Shown here piece by piece: positions 53,025 to 64,000 of a stretch of 64,000 bases of DNA. Every line of letters starts with the position of its first letter. Position 1 is the first letter of the stretch. The DNA is from Bilabrum cf. latius (Eukaryota). The translations under genes were made by a program, and so were the position numbers. The notes under the pieces are model-generated. The model did no database searches and had not been told where the DNA came from. It saw only the letters and a program-made list of their open reading frames with translations. The DNA lies in contig OZ237735.1 in the NCBI GenBank assembly GCA_965178125.1, positions 1,798,001-1,862,000 on the forward strand, in the 5' to 3' direction.

Positions 53025-53199
53025 AACGAGTTAACCCAAGCTCCGTCCCTCTCCTGAACACAGAGAGAGCTGCAACACATAAATCCGGTGCGCGTCGATC
53101 ACGGTTGCGACCGACCCTATACCGGAACAAACTGGGAGACATGGCTACCTGCGCTCCCATCGTCGCATCAAACCCGAACCCCATCCGGCGTTAGGTATA
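53025..53199. repeat. Ngaro A2 repeat (175 bp; copy at 55852-56026)
   Basis: aacgagttaaccc...ttaggtata is identical in both copies by eye. Confidence 0.95.
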
Positions 53200-53377
53200 T
53201 GATGCTCGTGATGATAGCGCAAACTAGTCTCCCAATCAATCAGACATGGCAAGTCCTTGACAAAGCTGTGCAGGCTGGCGCTGCTCTGGGCCTGTTCATC
53301 CAGGTCCGAGCTGAGCCACTGCACCACTCCGCCAATTCTTTTCAGTGCCATGTCTTGAACGCCTCTGCCCGAGTGAA

Positions 53378-54511
53378 TCACGTCACCGCGAGCAGAAGGG
53401 CGCGCGCCAGCACCCATGCTGGCTGCTTCAACTAGAGATCTGACCCACGGAGCTCAAGAGGGGGAAGGCCCTCTCTGGCTGAACGTAGGTATACCTCACA
53501 CGAAGAAGCTGACTTCCACCGCCCGAATCGCCTGATAGTCTCGAAGGCGACGCCTGCTCGGTCCAGGCACATCACTGCAGCGATGCGGATGGAGTGGCCG
53601 TGCACCGCTTCGGCCTCGCCGAGCTGGCAGTAGCCACGGAGCACGCGGACGACAGTGGCCTTGAGCAGCGGCCGCTGCCCTACCACGAAAACCGGCCCTT
53701 GCTTGGGGCAGCTGAGCGCCAGCTGCCTCGCCGATGCACCTGCAGCCGTCGGGGCTGGGAGGACCGCTGCTGCTGCCCACGCCACGAACGCCCGGACGCC
53801 GCAGAACGCGGTGCCTGAGATGTGCCACCGTCCCGCTGCCGCCGCGACGCTGATGGGGGAGGCTGCCGTGATGGTGAACCTAGCTGGTGCATCTGCCTTG
53901 TGCAGGCCTAGCCTGATGGCGACTCCGTGGATCTTCCCTGCTCGTGCGATGAGATCGACTTGGTGCCATTGGAGTCCGTGGTGGCGCCGTGAGGCACCGA
54001 TGAGTTCACCGAGGCGTAGTCCGCCGCTGAAGCACAGCCCAATTGCTGCATGGGCTGCGTGGTGCTTGAGGTCGGGCGCACTTGCTGTGAGGCATCGTCG
54101 GATGGCTTGTAACGGTGCGGAAGACCGATGGAGGCGCTGCGTGGTGAGCGAAGCCTTGCCGTAGTATCGCAGGATGGCGTCGAGCTGGCTGGACGTGCGG
54201 ATGCCACAGGCTCCTTCGGAGTCGACGATGATGCGGAAGACGTTGCGACAATACGTGCCTATTGTTGCACCTGAGATGGGCGTGCCCTCGCCCAGGAAGA
54301 CTGCGAACCTGGCAATCGCCGCGTTGAGCCCGAACTCGAACTTGCTGCCAGCGCCTGGAATGCCTGCGTCCAGGAAGTCGCTGTCGATGTCGTAGGTGAG
54401 GACGAACTCTAGGAACCGGTGCCACGCGGTCCGGAGCCCACTGAGTCCAGAATATCCGCCAGCATGAAAGGGGCGTGCTCGGACAAGGTGTTCCAGATGG
54501 GCTCGGGGCAC
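53378..54511 (-). CDS. Tyrosine recombinase of the Ngaro element
   Basis: Catalytic set GGLRLGEL (R), HKAD (K), GHSIRI (HxxR), GRWKS (W), EVYLR (Y). If the TAG at 53432 is Gln, the ORF ends at TGA 53378. Confidence 0.9.
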
Positions 54512-55857
54512 GTGACCTGCTCCACCGCGTCGAGGTGCTGGTACGTGTGGCTCAAGCCGCGGCTCAGGCCATCTGCCACGACGTTGTCGGTCCCGGCGAT
54601 GTGCTGCACATGAAGTTGGAGGTCAGCAGTGGTCTGGAGAACGAAAATGGGGCGAAGCAGGCTGGCCATCACGGGGCTCTCAGGGCGGCAGTAACGAATC
54701 AAATCCACAGAGGCTTGGTTATCACACCACAGCTGAACCACGCGACCCTCGAGGTGTTTGCGCCAGTGCGCCACGGCTAGGAGACACGTGGCGAGCTCTG
54801 CGGCGGCCACATCCTTGGCCTCAAGCCGGTGAGTCCACGTGCCTTGAATACCCAAATGCTGTGCGCGCTGGCCGTCGGGACTAAAGGTGAGAAGCTCGGC
54901 GCCCCACCCGTCAACTGAGGCGTCCGTCAAAATGATAGGTGTGTCCACTGCGCTCTGCTGGGGGAAACTGCGCCCACCCTGCATCTTGATTGCTAACTGA
55001 AAACCTTCGAGCACGCTATCCACTGAGAAACCACCGCGAGAGAGGAAGGAGACAGGAATCCAGACCTGTTTGGAGTTGTGGCGTCGGGCCTGCTTGCTGC
55101 GTGCCCACTAGAGGGCGTCATAGAGCGTGCGCATGAAAGGCAACATACCGTAGAGTGCCGCTGCCAGGAAGTTCAACTTGCCCACAAGGGTCTCGAGATG
55201 CCGCAATGACAAGCCCCGAGCCGTTCGCGCTTGGTGCAGTCGCTGTAGGACGTCCTTGGCCTTGTCCACCGGGCAGCGTATTTCCTTACGCTGCATGTCG
55301 TACTTGTGCCCGAGGTAGTCCAGCTGGGCTGCCGGTGGCCCTTGCTTGACTGCTTTCGAGAGACTCACAGGAAAATTGGACCGCTCCAGCTGCTCGATCG
55401 CCATGGTTGCCCAAGCATCCACCTCGTGGTCCCCTCCGAAACAAGCGAAATCGTCGAGAAACACTTCATTTTCGACTGCCCAGTGGCGGGCAGGGTTGAC
55501 TACTGGCGGGGGCGTGTGTTGGCGGGGATCACGAGGTTGACGTCGCCGACGGCGACGGCGTCTGTCAGTCCCGCTCGCTCGACGGTTCGGACGCATAGCA
55601 CTCCCGATAGATCGGCGCTCGAGGGCCTGAGCCAGTGCTGTGCTGATGGATGTTGCAAAGGCCGGGGAAGAGCAGCTACCCATTGACATTCTGAAATCTT
55701 GTACCACGCGTCCGCCTGACAACGCGATGAGATTGTGCTTGACGTCTGCCCTATCCACGGGCAATACCCGGAAGTAGCTGGAGATGTCCAGCACATATCC
55801 CGTGGCTCGCTTGCCGCACGCCCTAGCGGCCGCAGCCGCGGAGCGTAGGAGAACGAG
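54409..55857 (-). CDS. Reverse transcriptase-RNase H of the Ngaro element, N-terminally truncated
   Basis: RT: LDISSYFR, MSMGSCSSP, FLDDF, YLG, LVGKLNF. RNase H: TDAS.DGWG, AEL, CDN, NVVADGLSR. The two domains are joined in frame across the TAG at 55108. The 3' end is uncertain (next TGA at 53572). Confidence 0.88.
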
Positions 55858-56051
55858 TTAACCCAAGCTCCGTCCCTCTCCTGAACACAGAGAGAGCTGC
55901 AACACATAAATCCGGTGCGCGTCGATCACGGTTGCGACCGACCCTATACCGGAACAAACTGGGAGACATGGCTACCTGCGCTCCCATCGTCGCATCAAAC
56001 CCGAACCCCATCCGGCGTTAGGTATAATTGTTCACAAAAAGTCAACAGCTG

Positions 56052-57252
56052 GAACAAATGCATGGCTGGGTCCGGCCGCGCAGCAGCAGACCTGTCCACG
56101 GACCCCCGGACTGTCCGGGGGTCGAAATCCACTTTCTGGCCCCCGGACAGGACCCCTCGTCCCCTGTCCGGGGGTCGAAAAGTGAAACTCTGAGGGATAA
56201 GGTGTACTTTCAAACAGAAGGCTACAATCGACGTAGAGACATATTCCGGCACTTTCCTCCGGACTCCGAGAGTTATATTGCAAATTTATGGTTGTATCAT
56301 CATTTGTAGTATCATATAGATTGATATTTCTGGTTGTACGCAGTAATTATGCGGTCAATGTTCCTTTGAAAGGCTGAGCAGGTGCCGGGCCCCTGCTCCA
56401 GGCCAGTTTCTAAGGACCAGTCACCCCAACGTGCACACTACCAGCAATTAATAGGGTAAGGTGTGTAAATCAAACATAATTGATGTCCTAGGCTCTGGAA
56501 TTTCTGTACACAGCAGCCAGTATGGCGGCTCTCAATTGGCCAGATTGGCCGCCCACAAAGGGTACCACGATATTGACATGCATCAGCATTCACATCATAC
56601 GAATGGTATATTTGCTACATAAAATCCCAATTCAGGGTATCAATAAGTACACAAACCTCACTTATCGTTGAGAACACCAACGCTTACTTTCTCAGTGTCC
56701 CAAGGGGGTTTACGCCAATGTATCTCCATACAGCGGCCACCAACGACGAAACATGATTCATCAAACCTATTTAATGATAACCAGTGCATAATTTTGCTAG
56801 TTGATCCAGAATTGGTGGATGCATCTCAGGAGTTGCACCTGGTCTCCACAGGTAGTTGCCGGATTCTGGGCTCAGAAATACTTATCCAACATTACTCAAT
56901 ACCAACATTATATAATACACTAATTATATGCGACTGTACGCCTAGTATTGTTTGTTGGAGGATATTGGTTGCCTGGGAATGGGAAACGTGTATATCAGAA
57001 TCGAAGGTTGCGTACTGTTTTGCGAAATTTTCCGCGGAACAACTGAGAGTTGAGCGACCGAGTTGATCTACCTTAAATCGCCGCGAGAAGGCCAAATCTG
57101 GTCTTATTTTTTGCATAGGACAATTATTAGACGAGTTAAGAATTTGACCCCCGGACACGATGTCCAGAAATGGCTGTCCGGGGGTGTCCGGGGGCTGTCC
57201 GGGGGTGCCGCTGTGGACAGGTCTGCCTGCCGGGCAGCAGCACCCATTGTTC
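56052..57252. mobile_element. Putative MITE-like/non-autonomous DNA transposon with inverted subterminal repeats
   Basis: A 14-bp perfect inverted repeat, gcagacctgtccac (56086-56099) and gtggacaggtctgc (57213-57226). Multiple tgtccggggg/cccccggac motifs at both ends, and an AT-rich interior with no recognisable ORF. Confidence 0.55.
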
Positions 57253-57360
57253 GGTTATGCTCGACCCTAAATCAGATTTCAGATTATAGCCGGTGCAGGC
57301 TGACAGATCTTCGCAAAGCCTGCAGCAACAGCCCCTCGCGTGCATAGACTACGCTCGGTG

Positions 57361-60300
57361 ATGAATGTGCCTGCATGTGTAACGATCTTTGCTACTCTAT
57401 TGGGTGCTCAAGCTTCTTCGACCCTGGAGTACCTCTCTGCAGAAGGTGCCATGCAACACCACGCAGAAGGCCAATGCCACCCGCATACTATCAAACAGTG
57501 CAATGTTATTGACGGTGACCGTTTTATGATGCGTCCAGGGGACATTCTGCTGCAGGGCAGGCGGCTGGTTACGTCAGCATTCGGTGGCGCAGACGTTCAG
57601 CTAGTGCTAGAAGACGGCGGCAAACTGCAACTTTAGGAGGTAAGGTTTTGTGTTGCCCAGCGAAGTACAATGAATTTTATGATGTTCCATTGACACGAAA
57701 GCATCCATTCGCCCGAGTCGGCTCGTTATCTCTGTGTATTCCATGTCAGCTGCCTCGTGTCACGGATGCACCTCGCAGCGCAAGGGAGACGACACATCCC
57801 CCTATTGGACTTCAGACTCGGGCGAGGCATAGTCAGCAGGACCGTTTGCCCTTTTGCTTACGTCCGATGGGGACTTGGTTGTCCTTGGGGCGGGGGGCCA
57901 GCCCAGCGAGGCCTGGCACCAGGCGGGCGATCCCTCCCCGGACGCCGTCCTGCAGGCGCTGTCCGACAGCGCAGCAGACGACAGCATCGAGGTCGTCTGG
58001 AGCCGAGTGCTATCTGGCGTGGGAACCGTGAAGGAGCTGGCACTGCACGGCTCGGGCGACCTCGTGGCGCATGACGAGCACGGCGAACGCCTGTGGCACA
58101 CCCGAACGGAGTCCACGCGCATGTGGATGAATCTGCTCATCTCCAAGCTGCGCTTCGGGGGCAAGAAATACCACAAGAATGGCGATTTTGACGGCTGGGA
58201 AAGGTACTGGGATCTGCGGCAGAGCTACTCGAGCGACCACTATAATATGGCCAAGCTATCGGGGGGCATTGCGCGGCAGCACGGGGGAGAATACTGCGGC
58301 GGCGGGGATATATCTGCGTGTGAGCCCGTGGTGGACATGAACGTGTCTTCGCTGCACCCCGGGCAGATGCTTCCGGAAGGGAGGTCCCTCTACTCGGAAG
58401 CGGTGATGCAGACTGTGGAAGGCAAGAAAATGCAGGGCGTTCGCAACGCGGTCAACTGGCTCGTTTCCGGGGCCGAGATGGAGATCAAGATCGAGACCAG
58501 GAGCGGGAAGCCATGGCTGAATGCAGCCCAGTCCAAGCTGACCATGCAGTCAGATGGACGACTGGTGCTGAGGTACAGAGAGCACGACTGCGATGCCAGC
58601 TCCTTCGAGCACATGGAGCTGGACGGCGGGGCGACTCTATGCCAGGGGTTGGAAAACTTTGACCTGCTGCCCCCCGGGAAACACTTCTGCAGATGTCTCG
58701 ATAACCCAGACCGCAACCTGCTGGCCGAGATGGAGGCGGCGGGTGACAAGTGGCATGAGGTATGGGCGACATCCGAGCAGCCGGTAGACCCAGCCAAGCA
58801 CTAGGGTCCGTTCAGTTTCGTCGTGTCCACGGGGGGCGACCTCGAGGTGGTGGACGGGCAGGGCGGGACGGTGTGGTCGCAGTCCACGGGCGATGCGGGC
58901 CCCATCCAGTGCGCTCGTATCAGCGCCATCAAGCGGCGGCCCAGGCAGGAGGACTGGGATGACGCCAACGTGAACCTGGGGGTATACCGCTCCGACGCGC
59001 AGCACAGGCGGGACATGTGCGGGCCGGAGTCACGGGGCCATCTGACCATGACGGACCCTGACCTGGTGTGGACGACGGCGGTCACCGGGAAGCCGATCCC
59101 TGGCATCCCCGTCAGGACCAAGAGCGTGCAGCTGCAGCTCGCCGTGGCGCGCACCGACGACCCCATGCGGCCCTACTGCGGGGCGGACTACCTGGAGCTG
59201 TGCGAGGAGGTGCCTGAGGGTGCTGACGAGATGCGTCCTGGGCAGGTGCTGCGGCAGGGTCGGGCTCTTCGTACTGACATCGGTGAACTCGTCATGCAGA
59301 CGGACGGCAACCTCGTGCTGCATCTGGGCACGGTTCGAAAGAAGGTCCTGTGGTCCTCCAAGACGCCCCCCGGGCATAGCGATGCCATCAAGCAGGTAGG
59401 ACCATACGCGCTTGTGTTCACGTACCGGGCCGAGCTCGCCATCGTGGACGGGCGAGACGGCGTGCTCTGGTTCGTCGACGGTCCCGCCCTGTACATCAAC
59501 TGGATCAAGCCGACCTAGTACGTTGGCCTGGACAAAATGTTCTCACCGGCGACCTTTCTGGTGGACGCCTTCGACCGGGGACTGGGGGCTGCCTTTACCG
59601 GAAATGTCGTGGCCTCGCTCTACACCTCCAACGTGATTGAGGTGCACAAGTGGAGGTTCCGCCTGCAGAGTGACGGAAACGCCGTGCTGTTTTGCAACGG
59701 CAACAAGCCAGTCTTCCGAACGAATACGGCGGGGTGGCACACGGAGGATGACGAGTGGCCGCAGGCGGTGCTGAGCGAGGACAACGTCTACGGAGACGCG
59801 TGGACTCGGTTCGATCCCAGGAGCGGGGACTCCTTCTTTTAGTGGAACAAATTCGCGGTGCAGTTTGGGGTGGAGATAGCTGGCGATATCGCCGTGGGCA
59901 TCGCGTCCGGGGGCATGGTCACTGCTGCCAAGTATGGTGCTAAGGGCATCAAGGCCGTGTACCGGGTGGGACTGAGCAAGGCCCTTCAGGAGGGGCTCAA
60001 GAGCGGCGACGAGTGGCTCGTGAAGATGTCCCTCAAGTCGAGCGGCAAGTGGGCCAGTAAGTCCGCCTCACTGGAGATGGGCACGCTCCTCAAGTTGGCG
60101 GGCAAGTCGGTCAAGACGTGGGCCGAAAAGAAGGTGCTCACGGTTGTCAGTAGCCTAGGCTCGCTTCTAGACGGGGCCAAGCAGGCACTGTACCGCCTCT
60201 CGAAGGCCAGCATAGGCAGCGTGGCAAAAGGGCTGGTCGCGGGGGTGTTCAAGGTGGCATTGCAAGTGGGCTACGTTGCGTTCCGGATCACATTCGCTGT

Positions 60301-63300
60301 GGGCAAGCTCATCATTACGATGCCGTTTGAGATGATTCGCCCGTGGGGCGAGATCGGCGTCTCCCAGGTCAAGGCCATCTGTTTGCTGGCGGATGCGGCG
60401 AGCAACGGGATTCTCGCCGAAGCCGTCCGATCCGTGCCCTTCAAGCTCCGTAACAGGGCCATCCTGTCTGCCGAGGAGGCCGTGGTGCATGACGTCATGG
60501 CGAGGTCTGCCTCCGACGCCATGGATAGGATGGAGCGCGGCTCCTTCAGCGTCGGAAGCGTACCCAAACGGTCCTATAGCGTCCCCGACATGCCCAAGTA
60601 CAAGCGATCCAGCCTATTCAAAGACCTGGAGGACATTGAGTTCCTGCCCCAGGCCCCCGGCGGGTCCGGGGGGGGGCTCGGCCTCGACCTGGGACCCAAG
60701 GGGGACATCCTGGAGCAGCCAAAGATCCTTGATGACTACATCGGGAAGCAGATTGTGAAGCTGCCCGAGCTGCCTCCCGCCTCTGAGCTCAAGATCCCCG
60801 AGGGCTTGCCGGAACCATTCGCACGGCGCATGGAGACAGCTGTGGACAAGGGTGGAAGGGCTCAAGCCGACACCGAGAGGCTGATCAAGGCATAGCCGCA
60901 GGTTCTGGAGACGTATTCTATGGAGAGGCTGGTCGAGGTGAACAGGCTCATGTATGATAACCAGGCCACACTGGAGTACTACGCTGCCGTACGAGACTAC
61001 GTGGGGCACCTGGATCGCATGCGGCTGCAAGGGAAACCGCTCCCCGATGGCTTTACCTCCGTGGACGATTTGGTGGCCTCCAAGTTCGGCATGGGTCGGG
61101 CGGCGATCGAGCAGACGTTCCAGTCGCGCCTGATGGCGGACGTCACGGCATGGGGAGCACCTGCCGGGCTGGAGGCAAACATGTTGAGCGAGCTCGTTGA
61201 AGTGGTCGGATTACTTGACTTGGATAAGCTGGCGTTCCAGCAGTACCAGGCTGCTGCTGATGCGCTTGGTGTGGTGCAGCGGGCGCTGCGTGGGGAGGAG
61301 GCGGTGGACAGGGCAGCGTTGGTGGATGCGATACGGAGTCAGCCTCAGGAGCTGCGATTGGCGGCAGAGGTGCTGCAGCCCGACATCGCAGCACGGGCAA
61401 TGCAGGACCCGGGACTCGCCGCCGATCAAGTCCTTGCTATGGCGAAGGAGAATCCTGAGGCCGCTGGCCAGCTTGCCCAGGCGTGCGAGTCCTCCATGAA
61501 GGAGCAGCAGCGGCTGGCCGCGAGCAAGCAGAGGCAAATTAAGAAAGCTGAAACCAAGCTCCGGGAGGACAGCCCCCTGGTAAAGCATCCGGATGCCCGG
61601 CTCTACGAGGTGGCCGTGCAGGAGGCAGGTCAAGAGCGGGACGCGTGCATACTGACCACGCAGCTGGGCCTCGAGGTGGGCGGCGATCCCAGCACACCCG
61701 CAATGGTCTTGAACGGATTCTAGTCACATTTTGCCGGATTAGAGGCAGCCAAAGACGAGACGATCGTGGCCCTTCGAAGGGCAGCGGAGGCAGAGGCCAA
61801 GCTGGAGCGCCTGGAGATGGCCAGGGCGATTGCCGATGCGGCCGCTGTGGGCAAGGCGGACCCTTCGGTTGCCATTAAGACCCTGGGCGTGGACGTCCCC
61901 GAGGCTGAACTGGACAATGCCATCAAGGCTGCATCGGAGAAGTGGGATGCCGCACGGAAAGAGGCGATCGATCACCTGGACTTGGAGGGGAAAGGCATGG
62001 ACGATCTGGGTCACCTCCTGGAAGATGAGGGCATTCGAGACATCACGGACGAGCTGCTGGACGCCGTGGAGCAGCATGCGGGCCTCTTCAAGGAGCTCGA
62101 GGCGAAGGAGGAAAGCGCCAAGGGCGTGACTATTGCCATTGAAGGTTCCATCGAGCACATCCTCCTGGGAGAACACGCGGCGCAGGAGGGGGGGCGTGCC
62201 GCGCAGGAGGCGGCAGCTGCAGCCCGCAAGGCCAGGTTAGCTAAAGTGGTCAAGTCTCGAGTCCCCGTCGTCTCCCCGGCCGACATGAAGGTGCCCAAGA
62301 CTCTTCGTATCAAGTCGCCTGCCAACCCAACGGTGCACGTGGATATTGACCTGGCCGACGTGCACTCGGACTTTGTCGAGAGACTTGGCGCAATCGACAA
62401 GTACCGCGCGCATGCGCAGCTAAATGTCCCAGGAGACCGCCTCATGTTCGCATTGCAGTCCGCCGACATCGCCGAGACGGCAGAATACTATGCCAGTATA
62501 CAGAGGACAGTAAACAGGATCGACGCAAGGATGGGGACGGACGCCGGTGCGGGCGCGGCCTGGCTCAGGAAGACCCACGGCATGGATGCGTCGGCATTGC
62601 GCACGCAGGAGCAGACGTTCGCGCTGCTGGCAGAGGTCCGGGCCCGTCCCTACCCCACCGGCGAGACGGCATTCCTGCATGCAGACATCCTCAGCGATGC
62701 TATTCACAAGGGGCGCGTGGATCCTCAGGATCCAGTCCTCAAGGCGAGAGCGCAGCTCAAGAACCGAATCGGTGCGGTGGGCGGGGATTCGTTCGAACTG
62801 GGGCTCCGAGTGCTCACACTGCCCCCAGCCAAGGCTCGATCCGCGAAGCTACGTGATGCTACCGTGAGTCTCTGCGATGCCGAGCGAGAGCTGGACGAGC
62901 TGCTGCACCTCAAGCGCGTCATCGATACCGCCGAGATAGCCGGTCTTGACCCTGTTACCTGCCTGCGAAGGGGGGTGCGCACAGATTTCGTTAGCGACCT
63001 TACCATGCCCTCGGACGTGGAAAATTACCTAGCAAAGGCAGTGTAGCGGTCAAACTCTGCGAGGGAGGCGTGGAGGAGGGCGGCGGAGGCGGCGGGTCCC
63101 GGCGCCCTCGCCGATCTCCCAGGGGACGTCCTGGACCGGGCTTACCGGGTCACCGCAATGGACCCCAGCAGCGAGGTGAATCACTTGCTCGAGAGCAGAA
63201 AGCACATGGAGGTGCAGGCACTGAGTAATCCAGGTGTCTTGGGCGAACGTGTGGATCCTGCCGTGCTCTAGAAGCACGCGGGCGTCGGCGGTGCTGCTGG

Positions 63301-64000
63301 GGTGATCGCCGATCGCCGGGCGGCACTGATGTAGCGCGCTCAGGCGGGGGGCAGGCAGCTCCAGAGACAGTTGTCCGATTTCGGCGGGTGGGAGAGCATC
63401 AGGTACCAGCTGGGCAGTGTTGACTACCTCGTGTTCCTGCAGGACCTGCAAAAGCAGACCCCGGAATTTTTTGCCGAAGCTCTCATGCAGTTGCCTCGTG
63501 GTCGCACGAATGCGATCGACGAGCTGATCGGAGTCGCAGTGGGAGCGACCGACAGCGCCCGCAAAGCAGCGAGAGAGAAAATCATCCTCGGAGCCGTTGA
63601 ATCTGCGGTACAGACGGTGGGTCTGAACAAGGCACCAAGTCCGCTCTTCTTCGCGGAGAACGTCCAGCTGCTGTCGATTTTGTCCGAAGAAATGACCGCC
63701 GATACTGCCTCCAAGGAGCTTGGCGCTGCTCTGGACACCCTGGGGGATGGCATGAAAGCGCTTCGAAAGGCTGCCAGCGGCAACGCCCTGGACGATGCCT
63801 AGGCGCAGGTCATGGGAGAGGTCATGGCGAGGCTTGAGCATTACGCTTTTATCGGAGGTGTGTCCACGTCGCTGGACAAGGAACTCAAGATGTGTTTGGA
63901 TGACAAGAAATTGCTAACCGAGGTAGTCCGTGCCGCGGAGAAGCCGGGCGGTGAGGACCTGCTGGATCTTGCCGTGGCGCTTCGAGGCGCCAATGGCCTC
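57361..64000 (+). CDS. Giant secreted protein with multiple bulb-type (GNA/B-type) lectin repeats and a long helical region; continues beyond the right edge
   Basis: Signal-peptide-like start MNVPACVTIFATLLGAQASS and intron 57640-57778 (GTAAGG...GCAG). Repeats LLTSDGDLVV, LTMQSDGRLVL, LVMQTDGNLVL...LWSS.T, FRLQSDGNAVL. One frame to the window end with TAG only. Confidence 0.8.

Larger units (their letters stand above)
52861..56026 (-). mobile_element. Ngaro-type tyrosine-recombinase retrotransposon, internally deleted (no gag/ORF1)
   Basis: Split direct repeats in the order A1-ORFs-B1-A2-B2: A1 56026-55852, B1 53333-53200, A2 53199-53025, B2 52994-52861. Contains RT, RNase H and YR ORFs. Confidence 0.93.

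Noticed and set aside
52-63841. Numerous antisense and alternate-frame ORFs in the supplied track
   Set aside because: They are shadow ORFs of GC-rich genes and carry no motifs.
1-64000. Mass pseudogenisation or sequencing error as the cause of the internal stops
   Set aside because: The stops are exclusively TAG, with no frameshifts and intact catalytic motifs in essential genes.
1-64000. Ciliate-type code (TAA and TAG both Gln) or pyrrolysine
   Set aside because: No in-frame TAA occurs in spliced CDSs and TAA ends two genes. TAG sites match Gln across unrelated eukaryotic proteins.

Overview
Gene-dense, GC-rich eukaryotic (protist) nuclear DNA with few, short, 5'-located GT-AG introns. 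The main result is a non-standard nuclear genetic code. Nearly every conserved gene is broken only by in-frame TAG codons, which often sit at conserved Gln positions, while genes end at TGA or TAA. So UAG=Gln while UAA remains a stop (translation table 15-like). The supplied ORF track fragments real genes for this reason. Read with TAG=Gln, the window holds midasin (partial), a carnitine acyltransferase ending in a PTS1, an EamA-like transporter, a SHOCT-containing hypothetical protein, U2A', a ~4455-aa HECT E3 ligase, lumazine synthase, a CBS protein, a cyclin, an ERI-type exonuclease, an Mrc1/Claspin-like protein, OGT, an ACTMAP-like protease, a dual-specificity phosphatase, and a giant secreted bulb-lectin protein (partial). 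It also holds a gag-less Ngaro tyrosine-recombinase retrotransposon whose RT-RNase H frame itself contains a TAG, an adjacent MITE-like element, and an AT-rich decayed island. A bicosoecid/stramenopile-like host is only an inference from genome style. All calls come from reading motifs by eye; no database searches were run.
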